DNA from: Hydrolagus colliei
Lineage: Eukaryota
Direction: 5' to 3'
DNA: 64,000 nucleotides
Assembly (NCBI GenBank): GCA_035084275.1
Contig: CM068742.1
Coordinates: forward strand, 35,650,001-35,714,000
The notes below the pieces were generated by a model. That model had not been told where the DNA came from. It ran no database searches and was given only the letters and a program-made list of their open reading frames with translations. The position numbers and the translations under genes were made by a program. Positions 61,440 through 64,000 of this stretch are shown in pieces (position 1 is the first letter of the stretch; each line of letters opens with the position of its first letter).

Positions 61440-62200
61440 TTGTCTTTTCCTGCATAATCTTGCAAACGCCCATATCTTTGCATTGATAGCATTCTTTCCT
61501 CCTGCAGGACATCTCCTCATATGATGTTCTAATCGATATTTGCCACATATATCCATTAGGTTTGGCATCCATCTTGGGTTGTATATTTTCTGCACTGCAT
61601 ACTCTTCACCTGTATCATCTCAACCACGCTTGTTGGCCAGTTAATCTATTTCCATTTCTGTTTCTCTCTCCATGTTTTTCTTTTTTTTTTCACCTCTTCA
61701 ATGCTTATTATCTCCCTTTGTGATTCAATCTTCAGATCCACTTGTTTTCAAAAGCTTTCGTCTTAATCTAGTATCTTTTATGCCAACTACGATCTGGTCA
61801 CATATCATTTCATCTCTTAATGTTCCATAGTTGCAATTTTTAATTAGGGATCTCAGTACCGCAGAGTACTGATTAAATTATTCCATGGGTCCCTGCTTTC
61901 TTGTTCTAAACTTAAATCGGTCAATTATCAAATTTTTTTACACAACATCTTTCCATCATAATATTTATCATCGCCTTCAATGGCATGTCCACCATTCTTT
62001 CTAGGGTTGCAAAATATCCCCTTGCTTGCTTATCTGCTACATTCAAAAATATCGCAGACTGCTATTCCTATGGCAGTTTCATTATGTTTACTGCTAATCC
62101 AAAAATGTTTAAGTCTCTTTCAAATCATTGCCTATTGTGCTTTAAATTTCCAACCAACTTCAGTGGTCTTGGTATCTCCACATAACTTGTATAGCATTTA
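61440..62200 (-). pseudogene. gag: Gypsy/Mag gag remnant
   Basis: DRFKFRTRKQ..E*F.QY...LRSL..NCNYGTLRDEMICDQIVVGIKDTRLRRKLL (61748-61922). Degenerate double zinc knuckle CGK...H...CPAGG...FARLCR at about 61455-61550. Confidence 0.8.
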
Positions 62201-63344
62201 ATTCTGCTTCTCTCTGCATTTTGCTTTTCAATCCGTATTCCCTTCTGAAGTCAGTTTCACTCCAGGTTCCATTTTCGTTTCTGACTCCATGTAATGATAT
62301 TTAATCCCAGAACACAATGCAGATTCACTCAGTCCTTTAGTTCTAACTTTACAAATCAACCTCTTTCAAATCTGCCCTCTCACTTTCCCAGCATCCTTTA
62401 TCCTTGCATCTTCCATATTTAATTGTCACTTATGTCTTTAAAGCAATATGTAACAATGACTATTTGAAAAGAGACAGGAATTTGTTCTGCTGTCCTCACC
62501 AACAATCCTCTGCATTAAATAGTGCTCTACCTCATGGCTATTTGTGGGGTCTTGATTTGTGCAAATGAGCTGCTGAGTATATAAAATGTCCAATATGATA
62601 GTAATCACCGTAAAACGCTCTGAGATGTGTTGAAGTCTAAGGTGTACAAAAATGCACATTCTTTCTTTGTGAATTATGCTCATTCAAATGATGAGTTAAC
62701 AAATTTATGACATTGTTGGAGCTCTTTTGTGAGTGGCAAGTAGTGGAAACATAATAAAATGATTATTTTCCTACAATCCTTTTATACAAGCTTAATGCCA
62801 TCTCCAGCAATCTTGACATCATATTTGCGTATTATCATACTTTTCCTTTGATTTCTTTGTTCATCGCTCCTATTCTGACCGTTGTCATGGTTTGCAGATG
62901 TACTGAAGCATAGTAATTACACATCATTACAAATGATTAAAAAGCTTAGGCTCATAAAAATAATGACACTTGATTACATTTTAATTTAGGGCATAAAATT
63001 CCTAGATTCCATTTTGCAACCAAATTTATTTACAATCATTTTGATAATTGGCACAGAAAGTACTGAAATCTTATTGCGGTCCTTTTTTCATTAGCATTAT
63101 TACAGGGCCTTTGGGATTTATGGAACACTTCCCATTTGGTGCCTCAACATTGTTCAAGAAAAATGAGCAGATCCACCTTACACATTGCATTGCATTCGGG
63201 TTGTGTTAATCCACTGTTTTGTGTTATTTCTAAGCCGAGCGTTTTGAATAGTTGCTGCTCATCTCTCCGTTGACTATGGGATGTTAATGCCACATACCTG
63301 CTGCTGTAATTGCCTAAATCATCTTTAAAATGTGATGTTAACTG

Positions 63345-63580
63345 AGATATCTATTCGAGTGAATGTTAAAGATCCCACAGAACTCCTTTACAAGTGAAAA
63401 ACAAATGAAAAGGGAGTTTTTCCTGGTGTCCTGATCAACAATTCCTCAAATACAATAGGTCACCTGTTTCATGGCTGTGTGTGAGACATTGCTATGCGTA
63501 AATGGGTATGCATGTTCACCAACAAATACCCAATCACTCAATTTCACAGTAAATCCTATGACATACTTTGAGAAACATAG
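63345..63580 (+). mobile_element. Old Deu-type SINE remnant
   Basis: gtgaatgttaaagatcccacag...gggagttttcctggtgtcctg...gctgtgtgtgagacattgctatgcgtaaatgg. Confidence 0.6.
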
Positions 63581-64000
63581 CACGATAATGTAAGAGGAAC
63601 ATTAATAGTTAATATACAAAGTGAATATTTTCTCAAAGTATTCACAAATTGGGACATCTTTACAGCTTCTACATTGAATATGAGAAGATTTTGAAGCTGC
63701 TTTGCTAAATGCTGTTGATAAGTTAATGGACTAACAAATTCCTTAGGTCACAGAACATATATTACAGATTTCTCAAGGAAACAAGGAAAGTAATTTGGGG
63801 TAACTGGCGATGCTCATGAAAGAGCCATTGAATACTGATTAAATTCTGTGGGGCTAATATGGTATCTAAAGGCAACATGAGTGATAGGTCTCACCCACGC
63901 TAACAAGCTAACCAGACTAAAATCTACATCAGGTAAAATAATGGAAGTCCTTCTAACTTCTATGGTGGAGAAGCACTTGTTCAGCAAGAAAGAAGCAGCA

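Larger units (their letters stand above)
57619..62455 (-). mobile_element. Decayed Ty3/Gypsy (Mag-clade-like) LTR retrotransposon retaining gag and protease, lacking RT/RNase H/integrase
   Basis: Direct repeats at 57619-57741 and 62330-62455. The right LTR 62290-62455 is bounded TGT...ACA. PBS TGGAGTCAGAA (62279-62289, -). Purine tract abuts the left LTR (57742-57754, -). gag and protease motifs are internal. Confidence 0.85.

Noticed and set aside
1-64000. Most ORFs in the six-frame track as genes
   Set aside because: They are short, often start at GTG/TTG, and are either TE-derived or chance ORFs in eukaryotic non-coding DNA.

Overview
This is AT-rich (roughly 40% GC by eye), repeat-dense vertebrate DNA, not prokaryotic. 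The repeat content points to a cartilaginous fish, plausibly a chimaera or elephant shark (inference). It includes CR1 and L2 LINE fragments, SacSINE1/Deu-domain-like tRNA SINEs with L2 tails, and Tigger-like MITEs. The window reads as a large intron or gene desert. No intact protein-coding gene, tRNA, rRNA or CRISPR array is visible, and the only recognisable ORF-track proteins are CR1, L2 and Gypsy remnants. The best-supported structures are: (1) a decayed Mag-clade Gypsy LTR element (57.6-62.5 kb, minus strand) with two LTRs, a tRNA-Leu-type PBS, PPT, gag and protease but no RT/RNase H/integrase; (2) a young CR1 family in three near-identical copies; (3) a 586-bp hAT MITE whose empty site is visible in a second copy of its host repeat; (4) a non-autonomous Helitron with a nested Tigger-like MITE; (5) a CpG-intact VNTR fused to an L2 tail, a candidate new L2-mobilised retroposon. 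A few isolated splice-site-bounded segments and repeat-free islands may be exons or enhancers but cannot be assigned from sequence alone. I found no firmly supported novel biological system. Boundaries of old repeats and percent identities are by-eye estimates.
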